Source of the DNA: a virus
DNA length: 64,000 nucleotides
IMG/VR virus record: IMGVR_UViG_3300048011_000525
Span: 51,583-115,582 of that record
Direction: 5' to 3' (one strand)
Below the pieces are notes generated by a model that ran no database searches, had not been told where the DNA came from, and was given only the letters and a program-made list of their open reading frames with translations. A program made the position numbers and the translations under genes. Numbering within the stretch: position 1 is the stretch's first letter; each line of letters begins with the position of its first letter. Shown here piece by piece: positions 18,458 through 26,955 of this stretch.

Positions 18458-20274
18458 GTATTTTCAACTTTCAATATCTTTTTGTGCTCTGGCAAATATA
18501 CATACTCAATGTCGCTATTTGCAAGAGTGCGCAATGCATCGTCTAGTGTTTCAACTAATGGCTCACCGCCTAAGTTAAAACTAGTATTAAAAATAATCGG
18601 AACGCCTGTCTGATTATAGAACTCGTTAATTACTGCATAATAATTTTCATTTTGTTCTTCTTTAACTGTCTGAATACGACAAGTACCGTCTACATGGATA
18701 ATACTAGGAATCTTTTCAGCAACACCTTCTTGACAATTCATAGCATACATCATGTGTGGGGATTCTTCTAATCCTCGCATATCAAACCATTCGTGTGCGT
18801 GTTCTGCGAGAATTGATCCTGCAAACGGACGGAAGTATTCTCTACGTTTTACCTGGTTAACAAAGTCTTTTCCGTCTTCCATTGTTGGGTCAAACATCAA
18901 ACTTCTGTTACCTAATGCTCTAGGACCTGCTTCCGATCTTCCTTGAAACATTGCAACAATGTTTCGGTCTCGAATTAATGATACAACATCTTTATGATCT
19001 GCTTCACTAATAGTTGCATTATACTTTTTAGCAACTTCATTAATATCGTCAGTTGTATATTCTTTTGGCGGACCTAAATATAAACTTTCTCCAAATGGTT
19101 TAGTTTCGCTATCTCTTGACGATTGATGCCAGGCGAGCATTGCTGCTCCAAGTGCTGTGCCTGCATCGGAACTAATAGGTTCTACATATAAATTAATTCC
19201 ATACTTATTAAGCTCGTCGAGATAATGATAGTTTGCTACACAGTTAAGCCCGTATCCGCCTGACAAAACAATATTCTTTTTGCCAGTCATTTCGTGTGCT
19301 TTTAAAATTAATTTTAAAATTTGCGCTTGACTTTCTTGCTGCAACGCATATGCTAAGTCTCTTCTGTTTTCTAATTTAGTTACATCATTGAGAGATCCGT
19401 CTTCATTATGGTATTCAGCAGGGGTATACAAATACTCATAAAACCCTTCGTTAATTATAGAACTGTTTGGATATGTAGGTATTACTAAATGCCTATTGGC
19501 TACAGTCCAATCGCCGCCTGCTTCAACATACAATGGTGGAATTTTATCATTAGGTTTACCGTATGGTGAAAGTCCCATTGTTTTACCAGCTTCAATTGCC
19601 TGAAAGCCGCAATAGTTAGTTACTGCTTCGTACACTTTGGTTATGCCTGCTCCGTCGTCAATAACACACTCGTGTGTACCGTATTCGTCAAATCTATCAC
19701 TAGGCATGTCTTTAGTATATGACGATCTAAATGGACCGTTACCTCCAAGATGTTTCCACAATGTTTTTATATCAAATGGATAGTCACAATCAAATATTGT
19801 TTCTAGTTCAAATAACATTTCTGTTTTTCCTGGTTCTATTTCAGCAGGAATAAATGTGCCGGCTCCGTCTACAATAACTGCGGCTGCTGAATCAAATCCC
19901 GAACGATAAAACGCACACGCTGCATGTAGTTTGTGATGTACATGTGCTAAGTCAACTACCTGAGGGTGATTATAAATATCAATTTTAGGGCTATTATCAA
20001 TTAATCCAAGTTTCCGTGCAAGGCCAGTATACACATCGTCGCCAGTAAAGTCAACACGTCCGGCTGTTTCAGCAAGTGGTTGCGTATGTGCAATAACAAG
20101 ATAATCTAATTTATCAGTGTATTCTAAAATCTTAACCATTCCTGCAAAAGGGCCACCGTCGTATTTTTGACGACTTAGTCTTTCTTCTTCAACTGAAAAT
20201 ACAATTTCGCCGTCCTTAAGAAGACATACTGCACCGTTATGTCCTCGTGTTATTGCTGCTATCCATTTAGCCAT
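18454..20274 (-). CDS. O-carbamoyltransferase (NodU/CmcH/TobZ family)
   Basis: EEERLSRQKY, HHKLHAA.AFY.SGF, VDGAG, GKTMGL.PYG, SGG..LNC.AN, D.G.ALGAA, E.GPRALGNRS, VKRRE.FRPFA, HVDGTCRIQTV, NTSFN..GEP. Confidence 0.95.
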   Translation of the reverse strand: MAKWIAAITRGHNGAVCLLKDGEIVFSVEEERLSRQKYDGGPFAGMVKILEYTDKLDYLVIAHTQPLAETAGRVDFTGDDVYTGLARKLGLIDNSPKIDIYNHPQVVDLAHVHHKLHAACAFYRSGFDSAAAVIVDGAGTFIPAEIEPGKTEMLFELETIFDCDYPFDIKTLWKHLGGNGPFRSSYTKDMPSDRFDEYGTHECVIDDGAGITKVYEAVTNYCGFQAIEAGKTMGLSPYGKPNDKIPPLYVEAGGDWTVANRHLVIPTYPNSSIINEGFYEYLYTPAEYHNEDGSLNDVTKLENRRDLAYALQQESQAQILKLILKAHEMTGKKNIVLSGGYGLNCVANYHYLDELNKYGINLYVEPISSDAGTALGAAMLAWHQSSRDSETKPFGESLYLGPPKEYTTDDINEVAKKYNATISEADHKDVVSLIRDRNIVAMFQGRSEAGPRALGNRSLMFDPTMEDGKDFVNQVKRREYFRPFAGSILAEHAHEWFDMRGLEESPHMMYAMNCQEGVAEKIPSIIHVDGTCRIQTVKEEQNENYYAVINEFYNQTGVPIIFNTSFNLGGEPLVETLDDALRTLANSDIEYVYLPEHKKILKVENT

Positions 20275-20275
20275 A

Positions 20276-21319
20276 TTATTTTTCTCCGATGCGTTTAATA
20301 GTAGTGTTTCCAGGAATAAGTTTAGGCTTATTTGATTTTTTAGCTTCTAAGGCTGGAGACTTTAATGGTTGAGGTTTATTTGTAGGTCCAAGACGTGTTC
20401 TTACACTTTTTAAAATACTATCAATTTGTTTTTGATCAAGTTCCATAACTTCGTCATTTAATCGATCTTGTTCTTCTTCCATCGTAATTCTAATCGGTGA
20501 ATAGACACGTTTCCCTTCGCCTACATCAATTATATCAAAGTTTGTATCATCTACATAAGAAATATTAACAGGATAAGTTGATCCAGTCACGATAGTAGCT
20601 GTCTTTCCTAGTGCTTTTACAATATGTTGACCTACACTATCACAACCTAAAAAGTGATCTGCTACGTCAATAATTCCGGCCCAAACACGCATATCTGGAA
20701 TTTCTGGCTGTGCAACTGGAAACTTTGTATTAGGATTGTCATCTACTACTACAGGATGTTCACTCATAATAATGACACCGTATTCTTTTTTAAGTTCATT
20801 AATGATATCAATGATATTATTTAATTGGAAACTTCTTGAGGTTGTGTCTACTAAAAACTCTCCAATACTTTCTACAGTCCTTCCAAAAGGCTGTACTACC
20901 AAAACTTTGTCAAATCCAGTTACTGTTTTAACTTCTTCAACAACATTAGCCGCACTTACAATTTCTTGTTTATTTAAAGCTAAAGTTGGCTTATCTAAAG
21001 ATCTTACGCCTTTATTGTTGATTTCAATATCAAACGCTTGTGACAAGCTACACTGTTGATTGTAGTATTCCCAAATTCTATAAGGTTCTGGACTTATGCA
21101 GTTTCGATCTTTAATTTTTTCTTCAAACAAACCTTTATGCCAATTATCGTATGCTCGCTTAGATAGTGTCGGATGGCCTTTAAAAAAGTCAGTTCCTCCT
21201 TCACATACAATAATAAAATCGTTATTTGGATTTTCCTTTTCAAATAATTCAAATGCAGGAATACTGGCAATTACTCTCCCTGCTCCGCCGTTAATAAAAA
21301 ATGCTGTTGATCTTGACAA
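20276..21319 (-). CDS. GT-B glycosyltransferase, GT9 (heptosyltransferase)-like; TTG start
   Basis: N-term GGAGRVIASIPA, VVQPFG, C-term DHFLGCDSVGQHIVKALGK resembling the GT9 DSG..H.A.A motif; AGGAG SD before TTG. Confidence 0.65.
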   Translation of the reverse strand: MSRSTAFFINGGAGRVIASIPAFELFEKENPNNDFIIVCEGGTDFFKGHPTLSKRAYDNWHKGLFEEKIKDRNCISPEPYRIWEYYNQQCSLSQAFDIEINNKGVRSLDKPTLALNKQEIVSAANVVEEVKTVTGFDKVLVVQPFGRTVESIGEFLVDTTSRSFQLNNIIDIINELKKEYGVIIMSEHPVVVDDNPNTKFPVAQPEIPDMRVWAGIIDVADHFLGCDSVGQHIVKALGKTATIVTGSTYPVNISYVDDTNFDIIDVGEGKRVYSPIRITMEEEQDRLNDEVMELDQKQIDSILKSVRTRLGPTNKPQPLKSPALEAKKSNKPKLIPGNTTIKRIGEK

Positions 21320-21341
21320 AATGTTACTCCTATATAGTATT

Positions 21342-21378
21342 ATTATAGCACCATATTACATCGATTGCAAGATATTTA
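21342..21378 (-). promoter_or_regulatory. Dual promoter (sigma70 plus late box) of the modification operon
   Basis: Minus strand TTGCAA(21365-70)-17nt-TATAAT(21342-47) with TGn extension; TAAATA at 21373-78. Confidence 0.72.
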
Positions 21379-21391
21379 TTGAGGTACAGAC

Positions 21392-21419
21392 AAAAAATGC
21401 GCCATTGTGGCGCATTTTT
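21392..21419 (-). terminator. Intrinsic terminator between the structural block and the enzyme operon
   Basis: AAAAATGCGCCA-ttg-TGGCGCATTTTT inverted repeat. Confidence 0.85.
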
Positions 21420-21442
21420 CATTTGACATTTTAGTTGAGTAA

Positions 21443-22156
21443 TTACATTACAATTATATCACCAGTTAGCGGATCTTCTTCACTTGCAGGATCAATTGGT
21501 TCCATATTATAAGCAATCCAAGCTGGTATACCTGCGTCTTGCATTGTAGCGGGCCAATCTCTTAAACGCTGTCTATAATCTAACCATTTAGCTTTTAGGT
21601 CAGTAGGCATATCGTCAACTACTTCGCTATCACTGTTGGATAGTAACTGCATTCGTTTAGCTCGTACATCATCCCAATCCGGAAGTCTGTCTCCTGACCC
21701 CATAACTGCCCAAGGTATTGTCCTTGCTTGTACTGTTATGTTGTCATCTTCGTCTACATGTATTGAGTCGGGTTCGTATACGTCAAGTGGACGTAACGGT
21801 GTTTGATACGTAAATGTATTGTGTCCTTCCATATCCATGCCGCCCGGAGGATGCGTGAAGCTAGTATAATCTTCGTCCATCTCGTCTAATATAGGACCTT
21901 TCAGTTCGCATATTAACGGATTAGATATACAATCTACTTCTACATATCTACAACCTTTCGGAACTGGTCTGCCATCTGCCTTTTCAAGCTCTGTTACAGG
22001 TCCTAAATGTTCTTTACCTGTATCGTTTTCGATAATCAAGTATAACTTATCCGGACCGTCGTATACGCAAGTTCTTGTATGACCATCAGTAAAACTGTGA
22101 TCAACCATATATTCGTTAGGTAATTTCATTGTCCATTCAAATTCTACCATTGCCAT
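21443..22156 (-). CDS. Tail fibre assembly chaperone-like protein
   Basis: C-terminal WDDVRAKRMQLLSNSD...W.DYRQRLRDWP motif; own TATAAATA at 22178-22185. Confidence 0.72.
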   Translation of the reverse strand: MAMVEFEWTMKLPNEYMVDHSFTDGHTRTCVYDGPDKLYLIIENDTGKEHLGPVTELEKADGRPVPKGCRYVEVDCISNPLICELKGPILDEMDEDYTSFTHPPGGMDMEGHNTFTYQTPLRPLDVYEPDSIHVDEDDNITVQARTIPWAVMGSGDRLPDWDDVRAKRMQLLSNSDSEVVDDMPTDLKAKWLDYRQRLRDWPATMQDAGIPAWIAYNMEPIDPASEEDPLTGDIIVM

Positions 22157-22189
22157 AATCTAATATCTCCTTCTGAGTATTTATATTTT

Positions 22190-23002
22190 TTAAAAAAATG
22201 TTACTTTAACAACGCCACCGCCGCCGGTGCCACCTTGCCCGCAACAACGTCCACAATAGTTCGATGTTGCACTTTGTCCTCCTGCGCCGTAAGGAACAAT
22301 CCAACAGCCGCATCTAATCCAACAATAGTTGGAGTTTTGTTCGTACCAGTTGTCACTTAAATTTGGTGCACCTGTTGAGTGGCCGTTGTGTTTCCAACAG
22401 TGACATGCGTTACCTGGATAAAAGTATCCAGACTGTGCTTGGAAGTTACCACCGTGTGTATAACTTGCCCAATCACCGCTTGCGCTTGTTCCTACGCAGC
22501 CTGGACGCACACAGTAAGGCATAGATGAATAACACATGTCTGTCCACGAGCTATTAGTACACCCTCTTTGTCCGCCACATGCACAAAGGTTACTTAAATT
22601 ATATCCATTAACATAAGTAGTACACCCGTTACAGCCATTACACTCACGACTTAGGCATCTGTATACACCAGCTGCACATACACTGTATGTACATCCTGAA
22701 TTAGTAGTTACACTTTTTGAAGTATATGCACCGCCGCCTGCTGGGCCAGTATGTTGGCATCGTTGACAACTACATGCACCTGCACCATTGCCACCTGCGC
22801 CCCATAGTTCCCAATTTAAACGTCTAGTACAGCTAGGTACAGTCCAGTTACAACAACAACCTGAACTACATCTACAACTAATTCCGTAAAACCATTTAAC
22901 ACAAAAGTTGTCTCTTACACCGCCTGTCAAATTATTATAATCAACAACACTATCAGTTAACTGATCTGAGCGCACTTTTTTGTAATCTGTATAATTTGCC
23001 AT
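22190..23002 (-). CDS. Cys/Gly-rich virion-associated protein, paralog 3
   Basis: WTVP, ELWGAGGNG, terminal GGTGGGGVVKVTF; many Cys. Confidence 0.7.
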   Translation of the reverse strand: MANYTDYKKVRSDQLTDSVVDYNNLTGGVRDNFCVKWFYGISCRCSSGCCCNWTVPSCTRRLNWELWGAGGNGAGACSCQRCQHTGPAGGGAYTSKSVTTNSGCTYSVCAAGVYRCLSRECNGCNGCTTYVNGYNLSNLCACGGQRGCTNSSWTDMCYSSMPYCVRPGCVGTSASGDWASYTHGGNFQAQSGYFYPGNACHCWKHNGHSTGAPNLSDNWYEQNSNYCWIRCGCWIVPYGAGGQSATSNYCGRCCGQGGTGGGGVVKVTFF

Positions 23003-23011
23003 CTTTAATCC

Positions 23012-23794
23012 TTAAATATATGTCACTCGTACAAGTCCGCCGCCGCCAGTGCCGCTTTGTCCGCAACAATTATTACCACAGAATGTGTTCATTGCACTTT
23101 GTCCACCACTGCCATATGGCACACTCCAGCATCCGCATTTAATCCAACACTGTCTAAGTCCTTGTGTTGATCCGCCAGCTATTCTAAATCCCTGACCTTG
23201 ATGTATTTCTTGTGGGTGACAGTGACAGTATCCTGAAGCAGTGGAGAAACCTTGTGTTGTTCCTCCGATAGCAAAGTCACTACCTGTTGTAGTTGGCGCA
23301 AGGCAATAATAGTTTGTGCCAAAACAACCTGTTGACCAAGATGTATTTGCTTCTGCTCTATGGCCTCCACAAGCACAAAAATCACTTAGGTTGTATCCGT
23401 TTACATAACTAGAGCATCCATAACACCCTACACATTCACGATTTAAACATCTGTATACTCCAGCTGCACATACAGTGTATGTACACCCGGGATTAGTTGC
23501 AACCGTCTTTTGTGCAAAGGCGCCGCCTGATGCAGCTCTAAAATGGTGACATCTCTGATTACTACATGCACCACTTCCGTTGCCTCCTGCTCCCCACAAT
23601 TCCCAAGTAAGTCTTTTTACTTGGCTAGGTACAGTCCAGTTACAACAACAACCTGCACTACATCTACACGGAACACCATAAAACCACTTAACACCAAAGT
23701 TGTTTAGTGTATTTGGATTAATCATATTATCATCTAACCCACCGTCGGGTAATTGCGATCCGTTTACTTTTTTATAACTTGAATACGTTGCCAT
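23012..23794 (-). CDS. Cys/Gly-rich virion-associated protein, paralog 2
   Basis: Same architecture: CRCSAGCCCNWTVP, WGAGGNG, GGGGLVRVTY. Confidence 0.7.
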   Translation of the reverse strand: MATYSSYKKVNGSQLPDGGLDDNMINPNTLNNFGVKWFYGVPCRCSAGCCCNWTVPSQVKRLTWELWGAGGNGSGACSNQRCHHFRAASGGAFAQKTVATNPGCTYTVCAAGVYRCLNRECVGCYGCSSYVNGYNLSDFCACGGHRAEANTSWSTGCFGTNYYCLAPTTTGSDFAIGGTTQGFSTASGYCHCHPQEIHQGQGFRIAGGSTQGLRQCWIKCGCWSVPYGSGGQSAMNTFCGNNCCGQSGTGGGGLVRVTYI

Positions 23795-23804
23795 TTAATG
23801 TTCC

Positions 23805-24581
23805 CTATGCAAAAGTTATCTTTACTACGCCTGGGCCACCAGTGCCGCCTTGTCCACAACAACGTCCGCAATATGATGTCATTGCGCCCTGACCGCCATG
23901 ACCTGGAGGTGCAATCCAACAACCGCAACGTATCCAACAAACGTTGTTGGCCATAGCTACGTTGCCGCCTAAGAAAGGAGCTGCTGTTGGTCTAACATAT
24001 TGATGGTGACAGTGACAGTTAAAAATTCCACTAAAGTGGCCAGCGTGGCTGCTCATTCCGAAATCTCCGTTGTTAGCAGTTGGGCCTAAACAACAAGACC
24101 AACAACTAAAACAATATTGTGTCCAGTCAGTATTGGCTCTGCCGCATCCGCCTCCAACTGCGCAGAAATCTGAAAGATTATATCCGTTTACATATGTCGA
24201 ACATCCTGTGCATCCGATACACTCGCGACTTAGGCATCTGTATACACCAGCTGCACACATTGTGTATGTACAGCCAGGGTTAGTTGAAATCATTTTAGAA
24301 TTATATGCACCGCCGCCTGCGCCTTGATAGTGATGACATCTGTTACATGAACATGCACCACTTCCGTTGCCTCCTGCTCCCCATAGTTCAAAAAACACTC
24401 GTCTAGTACATCCAGGTACAGTCCAGTTACAACAACATCCTGCACTACATCTACAAGCATTGCCAATTAGCCATTTAGTACATAAACGGTGTCGAGTATC
24501 AGTACCGAATTTATTTTCAGTAACTGTTCCATCGATAATTTGCGGATTGTAAATTTTCTTATAACTTGAATATGTTGCCAT
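23805..24581 (-). CDS. Cys/Gly-rich virion-associated protein, paralog 1
   Basis: Same architecture; 30 Cys in 258 aa by hand count. Confidence 0.7.
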   Translation of the reverse strand: MATYSSYKKIYNPQIIDGTVTENKFGTDTRHRLCTKWLIGNACRCSAGCCCNWTVPGCTRRVFFELWGAGGNGSGACSCNRCHHYQGAGGGAYNSKMISTNPGCTYTMCAAGVYRCLSRECIGCTGCSTYVNGYNLSDFCAVGGGCGRANTDWTQYCFSCWSCCLGPTANNGDFGMSSHAGHFSGIFNCHCHHQYVRPTAAPFLGGNVAMANNVCWIRCGCWIAPPGHGGQGAMTSYCGRCCGQGGTGGPGVVKITFA

Positions 24582-24599
24582 CTATTTCGTTATCCTCTA

Positions 24600-26600
24600 T
24601 TAGATTGAGAAGATTCTCCATCCATAACTATCACTGTGCCATACAAGCTCAAATGCTGCGCCTTCGGTGTTAACGGTTAAGTTTGAAGTATCACCTTGGA
24701 TTCTTTTACTATTTCTTGCAACTGTTAGTGCATTTGAATCAAATGTTTTTCTTAAATCAAAGAATCTAATAGTGTCGCCTTTAATTAATCCTGAATTTGG
24801 TAATGTAATTGTTCTTGCTCCGCCGTTTGTATCAACAAAGTAACAGTTCCATACACTAGCTGTAATATTTGAACTTACATCACTGTACAAGAATCCTGGA
24901 CCTAATGAACGCCAAGTTGCACCATCACTAAATTCAATACAGTCAATACTATTATTGTAGCGAATATAACCGTCAACACCTGTTGGACGTTGTGCAGTTG
25001 TACCACGTGCAATACGTGTGGCACCTGTTGAGTTGTGGTTAAATCCGTTGTCAACAGTTAAGCTACCATTAACATCAACACTATCACTTGTAGCGTTACC
25101 TAGTGTAACGTTGCCATTTACAGTTAATGTACCACTAACACTTGCATTACTTGTTGCGGTTAATCCTGTAAATCTACCAGTGCTTGCAGTAGTAGCACCG
25201 ATTGACATGTTGTTAATTGAGCCGCCGCCTGCTGGTGACAATGTAACTGTACCTGATCCTGTTGGACTTAGTGTTACGTTAGCACCCGGGCTAAGTGTGA
25301 CTGTTGAGTTTGCTGTTAGTGTTGTAAATGCACCTGTGCTTCTTGATATGTTACCAATTGCGCCTTGGAAACCACCGCCTGCATAAACACGTTTAGCAAT
25401 ACTTGCGCCGCCTTCAACACGAAGTGTACCTGTATCACCAGTTGCGTCTGTTGCTTCAGTTGTAGCAGTAAAGTCTACAGTTGAGTTTGATGTAAGTGTT
25501 GTAAATGCACCTGATGAACGTGTTGAACTACCAATTGGAGTATTTTGTATTCCAGCTGCATGTAATGCGCCTGCAATACCAACGCCGCCGCTTACTACTA
25601 GTGTACCAGTAGTGGTGTTAGTTGATGCTACGTTTTTAGTAAGTGTTACATCACCATCTGATGTTAAATTAGTAAATGCACCAGTGCTTGCAGTGCCGCC
25701 GCCAATTGGGCCGTTAATTCCGCCTGCATAAATGTCGCCACTAATACCAGCACCGCCAGTTACAATAATTGTACCGCTTGTAGTACTAGTTGATGCTGCA
25801 TTGGCTGTAAATGTAGCCGAGCCACCTGCTGTTAAACTTGTAAATGCACCTGTACTTGGATTACTACTACCAATTGACATATTAGTAATTGTACCAAGTG
25901 TACTAGATGCAATTGTTAATTGTCCGCCTGCGTCAATAGTAGTATCGCCACCTGGATTAATAGTAACACTACCTGTTCCAGTTGGTGACATATTAATTGT
26001 TTGATTATTTGCTGTAAACTCTAGATTACCAGGGAATGCTGTAGGTTTTCCTGCTTCACCTAATGTAATTGTTCCTGATGCTGATGCTAGTGTTAGATCT
26101 CCTACTGGACGAAGAGTTGCCTGTGCCCCTGGCTGAATAGATACGGAAGATTGAGGGCTAATGTCAACTAAGCCTGTTCCAGTAGGTTTAATTTCTACAT
26201 TGTTGTCTAGCGGATTAAGTTCTACTTTTGCATCGGCATTTAGTACATCGTTAAATGTAACAGGAAGTTCAAATATTGTAGTACCTGCTAATGCACTTGT
26301 TAGTACATAGTTTGTGCCGTCTGATGTTAGCTGATACGTTGAGTTAGTTGGAATATCAATTGAAGTTCCAAGTGTAACGCCGTTACCAGTAATTTGTCCT
26401 GCTGCTGTTTCAATAGTAATCATATCCGCAGTAGCATTATAAAATGTTTGTCTACTACCTGGGAAAAACACCGGACTTACCATTGTTACAGTATAACCTG
26501 GTGTGCCAGTTAAACTAATAATTCCGCCTGTAAACGCATAGGTGAATTCTGTTTCGCCTGTCACTTCCAGTGTTTGTGGTGCTGTATTATAACGTGCCAT
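24600..26600 (-). CDS. Tail fibre-like protein
   Basis: Thr/Gly-rich; repeated IG....STGAFT.LT and STTTGTLVV.GG.G; GTTAQRP..GYIRYN; C-term YFVDT.GG..TITLP..GD.IRFFD. Confidence 0.7.
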   Translation of the reverse strand: MARYNTAPQTLEVTGETEFTYAFTGGIISLTGTPGYTVTMVSPVFFPGSRQTFYNATADMITIETAAGQITGNGVTLGTSIDIPTNSTYQLTSDGTNYVLTSALAGTTIFELPVTFNDVLNADAKVELNPLDNNVEIKPTGTGLVDISPQSSVSIQPGAQATLRPVGDLTLASASGTITLGEAGKPTAFPGNLEFTANNQTINMSPTGTGSVTINPGGDTTIDAGGQLTIASSTLGTITNMSIGSSNPSTGAFTSLTAGGSATFTANAASTSTTSGTIIVTGGAGISGDIYAGGINGPIGGGTASTGAFTNLTSDGDVTLTKNVASTNTTTGTLVVSGGVGIAGALHAAGIQNTPIGSSTRSSGAFTTLTSNSTVDFTATTEATDATGDTGTLRVEGGASIAKRVYAGGGFQGAIGNISRSTGAFTTLTANSTVTLSPGANVTLSPTGSGTVTLSPAGGGSINNMSIGATTASTGRFTGLTATSNASVSGTLTVNGNVTLGNATSDSVDVNGSLTVDNGFNHNSTGATRIARGTTAQRPTGVDGYIRYNNSIDCIEFSDGATWRSLGPGFLYSDVSSNITASVWNCYFVDTNGGARTITLPNSGLIKGDTIRFFDLRKTFDSNALTVARNSKRIQGDTSNLTVNTEGAAFELVWHSDSYGWRIFSI

Positions 26601-26620
26601 TCTTTGTTTCCTCTATCAAG

Positions 26621-26941
26621 TTACGTAGTTGATGTTTCAATGCCGTACACAGTTACACCAACGTTGGCTTGATTTGCTCTTGCTACTATATTTAGTCCGC
26701 CTTGCATTACAAGTCCTGTGCGCTCAAAGACTCCGTTTGGAATAATTACAGTTTCATATTCTATAAATTCCTGCGGGTCTGGTGTAGACGTTGTTGCCAT
26801 CGCCAGTCTCAATGTAATTGAGGTTTGATTTCTATTTGTTACAGACACATTTGCGACTGCATACGTGCCTACGGGAACAGTGTACACAGTAGTATCTGTG
26901 TCTGCTGTTAAATCCGTTACTCCTAATCTTCCTGTTGCCAT
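26621..26941 (-). CDS. Small beta-rich virion structural protein
   Basis: TVYTVPVG..V.N..; similar to 47409..47738 and 59359..59703. Confidence 0.55.
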   Translation of the reverse strand: MATGRLGVTDLTADTDTTVYTVPVGTYAVANVSVTNRNQTSITLRLAMATTSTPDPQEFIEYETVIIPNGVFERTGLVMQGGLNIVARANQANVGVTVYGIETSTT

Positions 26942-26955
26942 TTTATTTTTCTCCG

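Noticed and set aside
10045-21319. Host LPS island or prophage flank (chimeric contig)
   Set aside because: Genes are tightly coupled, similar in base composition, interleaved with phage-type oxygenases and flanked on both sides by virion genes
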